Below, piece by piece: positions 48,933-59,548 of a stretch of DNA of 64,000 nt. This DNA comes from a virus: positions 1 through 64,000 of the IMG/VR virus record IMGVR_UViG_3300042987_003796, one strand, 5' to 3'. The notes beneath the pieces were generated by a model. The model saw nothing but the letters and a program-made list of their open reading frames with translations, did no database searches and was not told the origin of the DNA. Each line of letters opens with the position of its first letter. Position 1 is the stretch's first letter. The position numbers were made by a program, and so were the translations under genes.

Positions 48933-49361
48933 ATGTATCAAGAAGACTTCAATGAAAATGAGCCAATTGAAAGCAATGATTTTTCAGTAGAGGATTTAAA
49001 AAGAAACCTTGACGAAACAAATCTCGCCTTACTTGAAACTCTTAAAAATAGATACATGCAGGAATTAATAGGATCGATGGTGTTTTTTATCTTTAATGAA
49101 ATTTGCCAAAATAAAAATCCAGAATCAGATACACAAACAAAAGAAAATTCTATTGCCAAAATGTTTTTCTCTTCTTGGCTAAACTCGGTAAAAAAAAGAG
49201 CTAAAAAAGAAATACTAGAAATTAATAACAAATTAAAAGACAACAAAATGAATTTTCTTGGAGCGATTTCAAACTATTCGCTTCCAAGCACCGAAGATTA
49301 TCAGGACATATATAATAAAGCTCTTCTAGAGGTTCAAAAAGTATTTCAAAAAAATACTTAA
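48933..49361 (+). CDS. Hypothetical protein
   Basis: 142-aa co-oriented ORF. Confidence 0.65.
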   Translation: MYQEDFNENEPIESNDFSVEDLKRNLDETNLALLETLKNRYMQELIGSMVFFIFNEICQNKNPESDTQTKENSIAKMFFSSWLNSVKKRAKKEILEINNKLKDNKMNFLGAISNYSLPSTEDYQDIYNKALLEVQKVFQKNT

Positions 49362-49400
49362 ATTTAAAAAACGCGATTTTTATCTTATAATATCTTCGTT

Positions 49401-49640
49401 ATGGTAAAGATAAAAGTTTCTAATTTTTCAATAGAAGACAAAAACAATGGAACTCTTCCAGAGCTGGAAGTAAAATCTTTTATAATAAAAAGTGATAAAA
49501 ACGACGAAACTTTTTCAGAAAAATCAATAAAAAATGACTATCTTATCCTAATGTCAGAAACAGAATATAGAAATAAAATAGCGTTCAAATCTGGAAGAAA
49601 ATCTAACCCATTGATGGTAAATTTTGAACAATATGGATAA
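49401..49640 (+). CDS. Hypothetical protein
   Basis: 79-aa ORF. Confidence 0.55.
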   Translation: MVKIKVSNFSIEDKNNGTLPELEVKSFIIKSDKNDETFSEKSIKNDYLILMSETEYRNKIAFKSGRKSNPLMVNFEQYG

Positions 49641-50298
49641 TCCAAAAATCTTATTATTTTGTACTAGTTTTTCAGATAACGAATATCTTTGGAATAATAG
49701 ATATATAAAATGGTTAAAATTCTATAACTCTATAAATTTAAATTCAAATAAAATATTGATGATAGACGACGGGAGTCCAGTTGTTCCAAATATTGAATCA
49801 GTATCAATAACAAATTCAAATAATCTTAATGAAGAGGATCGCGAGTACAAAAATTCCATAATACGATTTCCCAATCACCTTGGGAGAAGAGGAGTGCTGG
49901 ATTACCCCGGCTGGTTCAGAAGCTTCTCATTTGCCTGCGAATATGCAAAAAAATTTAATTATAAAAAAGTTATACATATAGAGTCCGATGTATTCTTATT
50001 GTCAGATAAAATTATAAATTACATAAATGATTTGGATAGCGGCTGGAATTCTTTTATGTGCAGTAGATATTCGTTTCCAGAATCAGGCATACAAATTATA
50101 TGTAAGGATCAAATTGATAATTTATATGAATTTTATAATAAAGACTATAATCTTTATAAAAATTTCCCAATTGAAAGATTAATACCATTTACTAATGTAA
50201 GCGATAATTTTATAGGAGATAGATATGGAGAATATTTACCGTCTCCGCCTATTGGCGCCGATTTTTGTTCTCAATTTCTTCCAGAGTGGCGCATATGA
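49633..50298 (+). CDS. Putative GT-A glycosyltransferase
   Basis: MIDDGS and IHIESD (DxD-like) motifs. Confidence 0.6.
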   Translation: MDNPKILLFCTSFSDNEYLWNNRYIKWLKFYNSINLNSNKILMIDDGSPVVPNIESVSITNSNNLNEEDREYKNSIIRFPNHLGRRGVLDYPGWFRSFSFACEYAKKFNYKKVIHIESDVFLLSDKIINYINDLDSGWNSFMCSRYSFPESGIQIICKDQIDNLYEFYNKDYNLYKNFPIERLIPFTNVSDNFIGDRYGEYLPSPPIGADFCSQFLPEWRI

Positions 50299-50981
50299 AA
50301 ACAAAATATAAAAAAAACGATATAACATTAAATGGAATAGCAAGCGAAGAAAAATATTTTGAAAATACTTTAAAAGCCTTAATTTATTCAAAAAAAATAA
50401 GCGGAATCAAAAAGGCTCAGTTGATTTGTTTCAAAGATTTCGAACACAAAGACATTGAATGCATAAAACTTCCTTATGAAATAAAAAATCTTGTAGATTG
50501 GAATTTTTTCATGATGAAGCATCTATATAAATTTATAGATACAGAATTAATGATTAATATTCACGACGATGGCTTTATAATAAATCCAGAGGCTTGGACG
50601 GATGAATTTTTAAATTATGATTACATAGGAGCGCTATGGCCTATTGGCGGATTACCCCCGCATGTAACAGAGCATGACAGATGTGGAAATGGCGGATTCT
50701 CGTTGAGAAGCAAAAGATTTTTAGAAATTTCCGCACTTTACTGTCCATTTTACCAAAATTTACCAGAAGATGCCACCGTCTGTAGAGTTCATAAAGATAT
50801 ATTTTTAAAACACGGAATGAAGTTTGGAACTAACGAAATATGCTCTAAATTCTCTATAGAATACCAGTTTATGAAAGAATACGCAAATCAATTTCATGAG
50901 GACAGATTTAGTCTAAAAACATTTGGCTTTCATTTTTCAACTTCAGACGCCATAAAATATTTGGATGACGTATCACTATAA
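50295..50981 (+). CDS. DUF5672-like putative glycosyltransferase
   Basis: IHDDGF...YDYIGALW...GNGGFSLRSK...ED. Confidence 0.7.
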   Translation: MKTKYKKNDITLNGIASEEKYFENTLKALIYSKKISGIKKAQLICFKDFEHKDIECIKLPYEIKNLVDWNFFMMKHLYKFIDTELMINIHDDGFIINPEAWTDEFLNYDYIGALWPIGGLPPHVTEHDRCGNGGFSLRSKRFLEISALYCPFYQNLPEDATVCRVHKDIFLKHGMKFGTNEICSKFSIEYQFMKEYANQFHEDRFSLKTFGFHFSTSDAIKYLDDVSL

Positions 50982-50994
50982 GTCGTGAAAAACT

Positions 50995-51696
50995 ATGAGA
51001 AACTATATCTACAATATCATATATCACATATATGCCGAAAAAACAAACCCAATATTAACATTTAATATAGAAAATTTAAAAAAATATCTTCCTAAATTTA
51101 ATGGTAAAAAAATAATAAATATTAACTATGAAAACGAGATCTCTGCTAATCTTATAGTAGATAATATTAAAAAAGTCGACCCAAATATCAAATTTTTCTT
51201 TACAAGAAACGAAGAAACAAATGGACTGTATGAGTTATATCCATTTATTACAAAATTGCTACCATCAATCATGTCTGATAGTGAAAATGAATTTACATTC
51301 TATGCGCATGCTAAGGGAGTTACGAGATACAACTCTGAAAAAGAATTTATATCCTTACTGTGGGCAAATCTGATGTATACAAAAAATTTAGATGATTTTG
51401 CATATATAAATACTATTCTTGAAAAATACTCATGTGCTGGATGTTTAAAAATCAATAAGCCATATACGGCTCTCTCATTTGTAAACTGGCATTACAGTGG
51501 AGCTTTTTTTTGGTTTAGAAATAAGGATCTATTTTCTAAGAAGTGGCAAGAATACTACAATAATGTATACGGACTAGAAGGTTATTTGGCAACTCATTTT
51601 TCTTCGAAAGAGGCATTTTCAATAGACCCAGAATTGCCAAATAATCATGAAGACATCTATCAAAAAGAAAACTGGGAATATTTTTATAAAATATGA
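50995..51696 (+). CDS. Putative glycosyltransferase-like protein
   Basis: YAHAKG and HYSGAFFW motifs; lies in the sugar cluster. Confidence 0.45.
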   Translation: MRNYIYNIIYHIYAEKTNPILTFNIENLKKYLPKFNGKKIININYENEISANLIVDNIKKVDPNIKFFFTRNEETNGLYELYPFITKLLPSIMSDSENEFTFYAHAKGVTRYNSEKEFISLLWANLMYTKNLDDFAYINTILEKYSCAGCLKINKPYTALSFVNWHYSGAFFWFRNKDLFSKKWQEYYNNVYGLEGYLATHFSSKEAFSIDPELPNNHEDIYQKENWEYFYKI

Positions 51697-52547
51697 TATT
51701 ATTGATAGGCTCTACTGGATACATAGGAACAGAATTCAAAAAACAATTCGAAAAGAATTCAATACCCTATAAAACCCTTAGTCACAAAGAAGCGACTAGA
51801 GCAAATATTATTGAAATACATAAAGCTTATAATATTCAATATATAATTAACTGCGCTGCATTCGTTGGTAAGCCAAACATAGAAGCATGCGAAAATCAAA
51901 AAGACGAAACAATAAGCGGAAATATCATTTTGCCAATTTTATTAAAAGAAATAAGCCAAGAACTTGAAATAGTATATTGCCATATTTCTACCGGCTGCTT
52001 GTATAATGGACAATCTCCAAATACAGATGGATGGCAAGAGAAGGATAAGCCAAATTTTAGTTTTGAATTGAATAATTGTAATTTTTATACGGGTACAAAA
52101 ATAATAGCAGAAAAATATATTTCTCTATATGAAAAAAGCTATATATGGAGAATAAAACTGCCTTTTGAAAACGAGCACAATAATAAGAATTACATTTCAA
52201 AAATAATTAATTATGATACACTTGTGTCAGAAAATAATTCAATTTCAAACAAAGTCGAACTTGTAAAAGCTTGCATAGATTCAATAAAATTAGAAATACC
52301 ATTTGGCACATATAATATAACTAATAGTGGTTATATTTCACCAATGGACTTAGTTAAAAAGCTGGTGAATACAATCACTCCAAATAAAAAAGCAAATTTT
52401 TTAATAATAGATAATTTTTACAAAGATATAAGTTCTATGCCGCGCTCAAGTTGCATTGTAAATAATAAAAAATTACTTTCAACTGGCATAAAAATGTCTG
52501 AAGTAAACGAATCAATAGATTGGTGTTTAAAAAACTGGAAGTGGTAA
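51693..52547 (+). CDS. RmlD-family NDP-4-keto-6-deoxysugar (epimerase/)reductase
   Basis: GSTGYIG, NCAAFVGKPNIEACE, STGCLY, YTGTK. Confidence 0.8.
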   Translation: MILLIGSTGYIGTEFKKQFEKNSIPYKTLSHKEATRANIIEIHKAYNIQYIINCAAFVGKPNIEACENQKDETISGNIILPILLKEISQELEIVYCHISTGCLYNGQSPNTDGWQEKDKPNFSFELNNCNFYTGTKIIAEKYISLYEKSYIWRIKLPFENEHNNKNYISKIINYDTLVSENNSISNKVELVKACIDSIKLEIPFGTYNITNSGYISPMDLVKKLVNTITPNKKANFLIIDNFYKDISSMPRSSCIVNNKKLLSTGIKMSEVNESIDWCLKNWKW

Positions 52548-52548
52548 T

Positions 52549-53685
52549 ATGCAAAAAGAAATCATAAATCTTGGCAGTCTCCCCCTAGTAAACAATCTCT
52601 GTAAAACAAAACACGAGAGCCTAAACGTAAAGACATTCGGATTAAAAATTATTGAAGAAGATAATTTATTAATGAAGCTGGATGTTGAAATTCCATCCGA
52701 AGAGATGTTCGAAGAATACCTGTATAGATCATCTGTAAATATTCCATACATAAGACATTGTGAAACTATGTGGGAATACGTGAAACAATTCAGCCCAGAG
52801 AATATAGCCGATATAGGCGGAAATGACGGAGCATTGCTAAAAGCTTTCCAATCTAAAAGCGAAAAAAAACTCAACCTACACAATATAGACGCAAGTAAGT
52901 CTTTTAAAGAAGACAATGAAAAAAGCGGAATAAATTATCATAATAATTACTGGGGAGATGTCATTTTCGAAAACAAGTTCGATCTGATTATATCCACAAA
53001 TGTTTTCCAACATAATCCATTTTATGAAAAATTCGTAGATGCAATTCAAAAAAATTTAAATGGCAGATGGGTACTAGAGTTTCCTTATTTTCTCGATACG
53101 GTAAAAACAAATCAATTTGATCAAATATATCACGAGCATGTATTCTACTGGCTATTGACGCCTTTATATTCATTATTTAAAAAATACGGCTTGAAAATCA
53201 TAGACGTATCTCGACAAGAAATACATGGCGGCTCGTTAAGAATAGTCTCCTCCAATGTTGAATCAGACATTGAAAATACAAACTTGATAAATACTTTCCT
53301 AAAAGAGGAAAACGATTTTGATTTTAAAAATTGGCAAGCTGTAACCAAAGAAAAAATAATTCAAGATAAGCTTTTTATTGAAAAATTAACCGGAAAAACT
53401 TATTGTTTTGGCGCCGCAGCAAAAGGGTGCATTTATTTAAACGCTTTAAAATTAACAAATAACGACATTCATTTTATCATTGATGATACAATTCAAAAGC
53501 AAAACAAGTTTAGTCCCGGAACTGGGATTGAAATTTGCTCAAGAGAAATTATAAAAACAGAAGATTGTCCAGATAATATTATTATACTTGCACATAACTT
53601 TAAAGATTACATAGCTAACTCTCTTAGAGAATATGGTTACACAGGCAGGCTATTCGTAATGATCCCAGAAATAGAAGAAATATAA
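52549..53685 (+). CDS. NDP-hexose C-methyltransferase
   Basis: DIGGNDG, FDQIYHEH, IHGGSLR, FGAAAKG. Confidence 0.85.
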   Translation: MQKEIINLGSLPLVNNLCKTKHESLNVKTFGLKIIEEDNLLMKLDVEIPSEEMFEEYLYRSSVNIPYIRHCETMWEYVKQFSPENIADIGGNDGALLKAFQSKSEKKLNLHNIDASKSFKEDNEKSGINYHNNYWGDVIFENKFDLIISTNVFQHNPFYEKFVDAIQKNLNGRWVLEFPYFLDTVKTNQFDQIYHEHVFYWLLTPLYSLFKKYGLKIIDVSRQEIHGGSLRIVSSNVESDIENTNLINTFLKEENDFDFKNWQAVTKEKIIQDKLFIEKLTGKTYCFGAAAKGCIYLNALKLTNNDIHFIIDDTIQKQNKFSPGTGIEICSREIIKTEDCPDNIIILAHNFKDYIANSLREYGYTGRLFVMIPEIEEI

Positions 53686-53712
53686 AATAAAAAATTAAAT
53701 TATTATATATAA

Positions 53713-54489
53713 ATGGAAACCAAAATAGTGCTAGCCACAGGGGTAGATATTGGCTATTTAAAAAAAATAAATACTTATCTTGATTCAATACAAAAAAATT
53801 CAAATTTTGATGAAAATTATCTAATTATTAATGGATTAGAAAATGTAAAGATAAAACAAGATAAAATTCAGGTTGTAAATATTAATCCGTCAATAATAAA
53901 ATCGTTAACACAAAATAAATGCTTGCAGCATGGGGAATTCTTAAGATCTCAATATTTATTAGATCATCTTAAAGATAATGATGTTATATTTTTTACCGAT
54001 GGAGATATGTGGTTACAAAAACCTTTATCACATCTAGAAAAAACAAAATATAAATCTTTTAAAGATTTTGATATTTATATAGGATACAATGCTAATCCTA
54101 ATCAAAAATTAAGTGAAGAATATCATTCTCTCCAACCAACGGGATATATATCTAACAGTATTTCTAATCAAAACTGGTCAAATATAAAATGCTACAATAC
54201 AGGGGTAATTGCGATGAATAAAAAAACATGGTTATTCCTAATGGATGAGTATTGTAAATTATTTAATGAAGTCGATAAAATGTTTTCACATTACGCAAAA
54301 CAGCAATGGCTTATTTGTTACATAATAGGTACCTATAAATTTAATATAATAGAAATGGATTATGATGTACATAATCATGATCATTTCGGACCAGTCCCAG
54401 GCACGAGCGTATTAGAAAATAACATTATAACCTATAATAACAATATAGTTTTATTTAAGCACAAATGGAATGGACATAGAATTGAATAA
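53713..54489 (+). CDS. Putative GT-A glycosyltransferase
   Basis: FFTDGD (DxD) and YNTGV. Confidence 0.55.
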   Translation: METKIVLATGVDIGYLKKINTYLDSIQKNSNFDENYLIINGLENVKIKQDKIQVVNINPSIIKSLTQNKCLQHGEFLRSQYLLDHLKDNDVIFFTDGDMWLQKPLSHLEKTKYKSFKDFDIYIGYNANPNQKLSEEYHSLQPTGYISNSISNQNWSNIKCYNTGVIAMNKKTWLFLMDEYCKLFNEVDKMFSHYAKQQWLICYIIGTYKFNIIEMDYDVHNHDHFGPVPGTSVLENNIITYNNNIVLFKHKWNGHRIE

Positions 54490-54502
54490 TTTTAATTAAA
54501 AA

Positions 54503-55642
54503 ATGAATAAAAATATACAAGAATCATACATTGGTAAAAAAATAGACAACGCCAATGTTCTAAATATAGATGATGCAGCCAAAATTCTTAAAAATAAAAA
54601 AACTTGTATAGTTACGGGGGTAACTGGTCAAGATGGAAGCTACATGGTAGATTATCTTCTTGAAAATACGGATCTATATATCGTAGGCGGAGTTAGAAGA
54701 CTAAGTGTGTATAATCATATTAATATTAAACATATTAATAACGACAGATTTATTTTATTAAATTTTGATTTAACTGATCCGCACTCCATAACTAGAATAA
54801 TAGAAAAACTCAAACCAGAGTACTTTGTAAATTTAGCCGCGCAAAGCTTTGTAGCTAGTAGCTGGGATTTTGCCAGGCAAACTTGGGCAGCAAATTCGAC
54901 AGCTATTCTAGACATACTAGAGGCCATTAGGCTATATAAGCCTGATTGCAAAATGTATCAAGCTGGCTCTAGCGAAGAATTTGGCAACGTCTCATATATA
55001 CCACAGGACGAAAAGCATCCATTAAAACCAAGGAGTCCGTACGGAGCAAGCAAAGCAGCTGCCAGACAATTAGTTAAAGTATATAGAGAGTCTTACGGAT
55101 TATACGCTGTTCAAGGATGGCTATTCAATCACGAATCAGAGAGAAGAGGAGTAGAATTTGTAACTAGAAAAATTACTACTAACGTGGCTAGAATCAAAAA
55201 AGAAATAGGAACTGGTGTAAAAATTACACCAGTTGAACTAGGAAATATTGATGCAAAAAGAGACTGGAGTCATGCTAGCGATTTTGTAGACGGAATCTGG
55301 AGAATGCTAAACCAAAAAGAACCAAAAGATTACGTTCTTTCATCTAACGAAACCCACACTGTTAGAGAATTTGTAGAAAAAGCATTTTTAGCTGCTAACA
55401 TAGAGGGTCACTGGTCTTATCTAAATTTAGATAATACTGATAAAAGACCCGAAAACGAAGTCTTTAGAAAAGATACTGGAGAAATTTTAGTTAAAATTAA
55501 TCCAAAATTCTACAGACCAGCGGAAGTTGATTTACTTTTTGGAGATTCTTCTTTGGCTAGAAGAGAATTAGACTGGCAACCAAAAATTTCTTTTGATCAA
55601 CTTATAAAAAAAATGGTAGAAAATGATATTATAAGTGTGTAA
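54503..55642 (+). CDS. gmd: GDP-mannose 4,6-dehydratase
   Basis: TGVTGQDGSY, NLAAQSFV, PRSPYGASK, LFNHES, FVTRKIT, RDWSHA, YRPAEV. Confidence 0.93.
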   Translation: MNKNIQESYIGKKIDNANVLNIDDAAKILKNKKTCIVTGVTGQDGSYMVDYLLENTDLYIVGGVRRLSVYNHINIKHINNDRFILLNFDLTDPHSITRIIEKLKPEYFVNLAAQSFVASSWDFARQTWAANSTAILDILEAIRLYKPDCKMYQAGSSEEFGNVSYIPQDEKHPLKPRSPYGASKAAARQLVKVYRESYGLYAVQGWLFNHESERRGVEFVTRKITTNVARIKKEIGTGVKITPVELGNIDAKRDWSHASDFVDGIWRMLNQKEPKDYVLSSNETHTVREFVEKAFLAANIEGHWSYLNLDNTDKRPENEVFRKDTGEILVKINPKFYRPAEVDLLFGDSSLARRELDWQPKISFDQLIKKMVENDIISV

Positions 55643-55650
55643 TATATAAC

Positions 55651-55833
55651 ATGAGTGGCGAAGAAAAATTTAATTTTTGTAAGCATAAGCCAGAAGAGCA
55701 GATTGAAATATTTGACGGCTGTCCATGTCGAAAAAAGAAAAAACTCGTTTCTCAATGCGTATTAAGATCGATAGTCGATATAAAGCCAGAGATATGCGCC
55801 GACTGCTCTCTATTTGAAGATAAAAGAGCTTGA
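55651..55833 (+). CDS. Small Cys-rich protein
   Basis: 60 aa with 6 Cys; GTGTA motif upstream. Confidence 0.55.
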   Translation: MSGEEKFNFCKHKPEEQIEIFDGCPCRKKKKLVSQCVLRSIVDIKPEICADCSLFEDKRA

Positions 55834-55857
55834 CATAATTTCAATATTGCTTATACT
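55830..55857 (+). promoter_or_regulatory. Sigma70-type promoter
   Basis: TTGACA-16-TATACT. Confidence 0.55.
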
Positions 55858-55867
55858 TTGATAACAA

Positions 55868-56248
55868 ATGTCAAAGTTTAAATATAAAGATTCTTTTACT
55901 CAAAAGAATTTTAAGACGGAATTTATTATTTCGTGCCTTCGTCTACCGAAAAGTAGACACAAAGAAATACCATGGGCTAAAGAAATGAAAATAATGATTT
56001 CATTAGCAAAAAAATGTTCGGATCCAGGCTTTTGGTTTCACGCTAGACCTGAGTTTCAGCTTCCATCGCTTGCCTGGTTTCTAACAAGTGATGGTAGAAA
56101 ATATTTAAATGAAAAATATTCAACTTTTAATTTTAAATTTAAAAAAGAAAGCGAAGAAAAAATAAAACTGGATGAAAATAAATACGGACTAGACGAAAAA
56201 ATAACACCAAAAAAACCCAAGACAATAATGGACTTTATCAAAAAATGA
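55868..56248 (+). CDS. Hypothetical protein
   Basis: 126-aa ORF coupled to the recA-like gene. Confidence 0.65.
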   Translation: MSKFKYKDSFTQKNFKTEFIISCLRLPKSRHKEIPWAKEMKIMISLAKKCSDPGFWFHARPEFQLPSLAWFLTSDGRKYLNEKYSTFNFKFKKESEEKIKLDENKYGLDEKITPKKPKTIMDFIKK

Positions 56249-57327
56249 ACTCAAAAGAACTTTTATCAAGCTATTTAAAAACAAACAAAGAAGAGCACTT
56301 TAACTTTGTTAAAGACAAAGATTTTGTAATTTCAACCGGAAGTTTAATTTTTGATATTGAGGTCGGCGGGGGGCTACACCCGTCAATACTTAGATTCAGT
56401 GGGGTTTCCGGCGGAGGAAAAACTAGCGCGAGTCTTTCAATTATGAAAAGCTTTCTTTCCTCTTCAAAGAACAGGAAAGGATTATACATTAAAGCCGAGG
56501 GAAGACTTTCTAAAAACGTAGTAGAAAGATCTGGTATAAATTTTGTAGAAGACGCTCAGGACTGGATTGATGGAAGTTGTTTTATATTTAAAACCAATAT
56601 ATACGAAACAGCCGCAAATTTAATTCATAAATTAGTTCAAAACAATGAAGAGGATATTTCTTACTTTTTTATAATTGATAGCATGGACGCGCTCATCCCA
56701 AAAGGAGACAAAGATAAAACATTTGAGGATGCTGTAAAGGTTAGCGGAGGAGCCGCCATATCCTCACATTTTCTTAAAAAAATGGCTCTTCCATTTTCTG
56801 TAGGAGGACACATATGCGCCATGATTAGTCAAGTAAGAAGCGAGGTAAAAATTAATCAATATGCAAAAAGCGATCCGAGGCTAACTAACGCGTCTGGCGG
56901 GTCCGCATTACTACATTACTCTGATTGGATTTTTGAATTTGCCCCTAGATATAAGTCTGACTATATTACTGCTACCGTAAACGGAAAAGAAGAAAATATA
57001 GGTCACTGGGCTAAAATAACCTTTAAAAAGTCAACAAACGAAAAAGACGGAAAAGAAATTAGATACCCAATTAAACATAGCCAGAATGGAGGAAACTCAG
57101 TTTGGGTAGAATATGAAATAGCCGATCTCATGATTATGTGGGAGCTAGCTAAAAAGGCTGGCGCATGGATTAAAATTGAATCATCCCTCATAGAAGAATT
57201 AAAATCAAAAAAAATCGACTTTCCAGAAACTATTCAAGGAATAGATAATTTAAGAACATATCTAGCAAATAATCAAGAAGCTACAAAATATTTATTTAAT
57301 AAATTTAAAGAAATTTGTATAAGCTGA
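56245..57327 (+). CDS. RecA/UvsX-like recombinase
   Basis: ISTGS..FD...GGG, GVSGGGKT, IIDSM, ISQVR, SGGSAL.HYS. Confidence 0.88.
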   Translation: MNSKELLSSYLKTNKEEHFNFVKDKDFVISTGSLIFDIEVGGGLHPSILRFSGVSGGGKTSASLSIMKSFLSSSKNRKGLYIKAEGRLSKNVVERSGINFVEDAQDWIDGSCFIFKTNIYETAANLIHKLVQNNEEDISYFFIIDSMDALIPKGDKDKTFEDAVKVSGGAAISSHFLKKMALPFSVGGHICAMISQVRSEVKINQYAKSDPRLTNASGGSALLHYSDWIFEFAPRYKSDYITATVNGKEENIGHWAKITFKKSTNEKDGKEIRYPIKHSQNGGNSVWVEYEIADLMIMWELAKKAGAWIKIESSLIEELKSKKIDFPETIQGIDNLRTYLANNQEATKYLFNKFKEICIS

Positions 57328-57740
57328 TGATTCTTACCGACCTAAGGGGGAAGAATAGAAATGTATCCATATCAAGATACAAAATAGACTGGAACTCAAA
57401 AAGGGCCAGCTTACCTCAATATAGAACAAAGCAATTTCTAAAAGAATTTTGGCTAGGGGATATGGTATGTGAAGAATTTATTATACCAGGAAGCAGACTC
57501 AGGGTAGATTTAATAAACTTTACAAAAATGATAGCCGTAGAAGTTTCTGGAGAACAGCATGAGGCTTTTAGCAAGTTTTTTCATAAAACTAGGATTGGCT
57601 TTATCAAATCCATAAAAAGAGACTTTCAAAAAATTAAGTGGCTGGAGCTTAATAAAATTAAATTAATAGAAATATACGACTACGAAACCACAAGTCTAAA
57701 TAAAAAAGAAATAGAAAAAAAATTTTCAGTTACCTTATGA
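57327..57740 (+). CDS. Vsr/DUF559-like endonuclease
   Basis: EEF...RVD......AVEVSGEQH...RD..K. Confidence 0.65.
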   Translation: MILTDLRGKNRNVSISRYKIDWNSKRASLPQYRTKQFLKEFWLGDMVCEEFIIPGSRLRVDLINFTKMIAVEVSGEQHEAFSKFFHKTRIGFIKSIKRDFQKIKWLELNKIKLIEIYDYETTSLNKKEIEKKFSVTL

Positions 57741-58009
57741 GAGAAGAATACAATCATCAGTTCGAACTTCCAGAGTCAATACTTTCACAGCTTGAAGAAA
57801 TGAGCGGAGGGGGTTATTTAATTTTTATTTTAGATTCAGAAAATAAACCCTCAATATACGAAAGCTTTGATGGAATAGGTCAAGAGTCTCAAGTAAAAGG
57901 ATTTGCGCTTGATTGGCTGGAAGCAGAAAGAGAATTTAGAAAAGAAAGATTGAAAAAGGATATAGCTTTTTCTTACGGACAAGAAGAAGGAGACGAAGAG
58001 GCTGATTGA
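57737..58009 (+). CDS. Hypothetical acidic protein
   Basis: 90-aa ORF with ATGA overlap. Confidence 0.65.
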   Translation: MREEYNHQFELPESILSQLEEMSGGGYLIFILDSENKPSIYESFDGIGQESQVKGFALDWLEAEREFRKERLKKDIAFSYGQEEGDEEAD

Positions 58010-58034
58010 CAAAATTGAAAAAACGCCTTAAAGT
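58006..58034 (+). promoter_or_regulatory. Sigma70-type promoter
   Basis: TTGACA-17-TAAAGT upstream of dnaB. Confidence 0.55.
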
Positions 58035-58045
58035 TAAAAAACCTT

Positions 58046-59548
58046 ATGATTTATTCTTTACCCGTAGAAAAACACGTTATAGCTGGATGCCTTAAATATC
58101 CCAAAAGCTTCTACGAAATCGACAGCTTCATTAACGAAAAAGATTTTTATCACGATATTCATTCTGTGATTTTTTCTGTGATAAAATCAAATATTGCTCA
58201 TTCGGAAGACATTGATAATGTTCTTATCAGCGAAAAGATAAAGAACTTAGGCATTACATTTAAAAATAGCGTAAATACATACGAGTATCTCCAAAGCTTA
58301 AGCTTAATCAATTTATCTGAAAAAGCTTTTATAGAGTCAGCTAAAGCTCTAAAAACCCTAACAATCAGAAGAGAGATATACGAAACAGCAGAAAAACTAA
58401 AATCAAGAATGTCAGCAAAAGAAGAAATGTCTGCTGATCAAATCATTTCTGCGGCTGATGCTATTTATAATGAAAAAATAAGCGCATATGATCTTTTCGA
58501 AGAGCCAACTAATATTTTTGAAGATGCTCAATTTCAAATCGAAGAAATTGGAAACAATCCGGTTGACGACTCCGGTTTTTTAACTCCATTTAAAGACTTT
58601 AATAGGCTTTATGGAGGTCTTCGTCCAAAAAACCTATATGCGTTTGTTGCTAGACCAAAATCAGGCAAAACTACAATGCTTTGCGATTTGAACTATAAAA
58701 TATGCAATGAAATTTACAACGGACAAGTGTCATGTCTATATCTCGATACCGAGATGGAAACTTTAGATGTTCAAAAAAGACTTATTGCTTCTATATCTGG
58801 GGTACCATTCTGGTATATCGACACAGGAAATTGGAGAAAAAATCCAGAAATGACGCAAAAAATTAGAGCTACGTGGACCAAAATTAAAAATTTTAAATTT
58901 CATCACTTAAAAGTTGGAAACAAAAACACCAACGAGATTCTTTCTATTGCTAGAAGATGGTATTATTCAAAGGTTGGAAGAGGAGAAAAAGCGATTATTA
59001 CCTACGATTACTTGAAGATGACAGGAGAAGGAGTTTCTGAATCATGGAAAGAATACCAAGTGATTGGAGACAAAACAGATAAATTAAAAAAACTAGGAGA
59101 AGAGCTTAATTGCGTTATCCTAACATCTACCCAAATGAACAGAAGCGGAGAGAGTCAGAATAAAAAATCTGGAAGCTTCTCCGATGATTCTTCTGCAATT
59201 GCCTTATCTGATAGACTTCAATGGTTTGCTTCTTATGTTGGAATTTTTAGGAGAAAAACAATTGATGAAATTACTGAAGATGGAGAAGACTGGGGGACTC
59301 ACAAACTTGTTACGACGGCAAGTCGTTTTCAGGGAAAAGAAGCCGCTGGACACGTTGACCTTGTCGAAAGGAACATAGACGGAGAAAAAAAGTTTGTTAG
59401 TAATTTTATATCGTTTGATGTAAAAAATTTTAATGTTGAAGAAAAGGGGAGTCTTGATTCTTTAGTAAAGAAGGGTGGATTAAAATTTCAAATTTTTGAT
59501 AAAAATGGAAAGGCAGTTGACGAGAATGAAAACGACGACCTCCTATAA
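58046..59548 (+). CDS. dnaB: Replicative DNA helicase
   Basis: ARPKSGKT, LDTEM, YDYLK, TQMNR; DnaB-like N-terminal domain. Confidence 0.92.
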   Translation: MIYSLPVEKHVIAGCLKYPKSFYEIDSFINEKDFYHDIHSVIFSVIKSNIAHSEDIDNVLISEKIKNLGITFKNSVNTYEYLQSLSLINLSEKAFIESAKALKTLTIRREIYETAEKLKSRMSAKEEMSADQIISAADAIYNEKISAYDLFEEPTNIFEDAQFQIEEIGNNPVDDSGFLTPFKDFNRLYGGLRPKNLYAFVARPKSGKTTMLCDLNYKICNEIYNGQVSCLYLDTEMETLDVQKRLIASISGVPFWYIDTGNWRKNPEMTQKIRATWTKIKNFKFHHLKVGNKNTNEILSIARRWYYSKVGRGEKAIITYDYLKMTGEGVSESWKEYQVIGDKTDKLKKLGEELNCVILTSTQMNRSGESQNKKSGSFSDDSSAIALSDRLQWFASYVGIFRRKTIDEITEDGEDWGTHKLVTTASRFQGKEAAGHVDLVERNIDGEKKFVSNFISFDVKNFNVEEKGSLDSLVKKGGLKFQIFDKNGKAVDENENDDLL

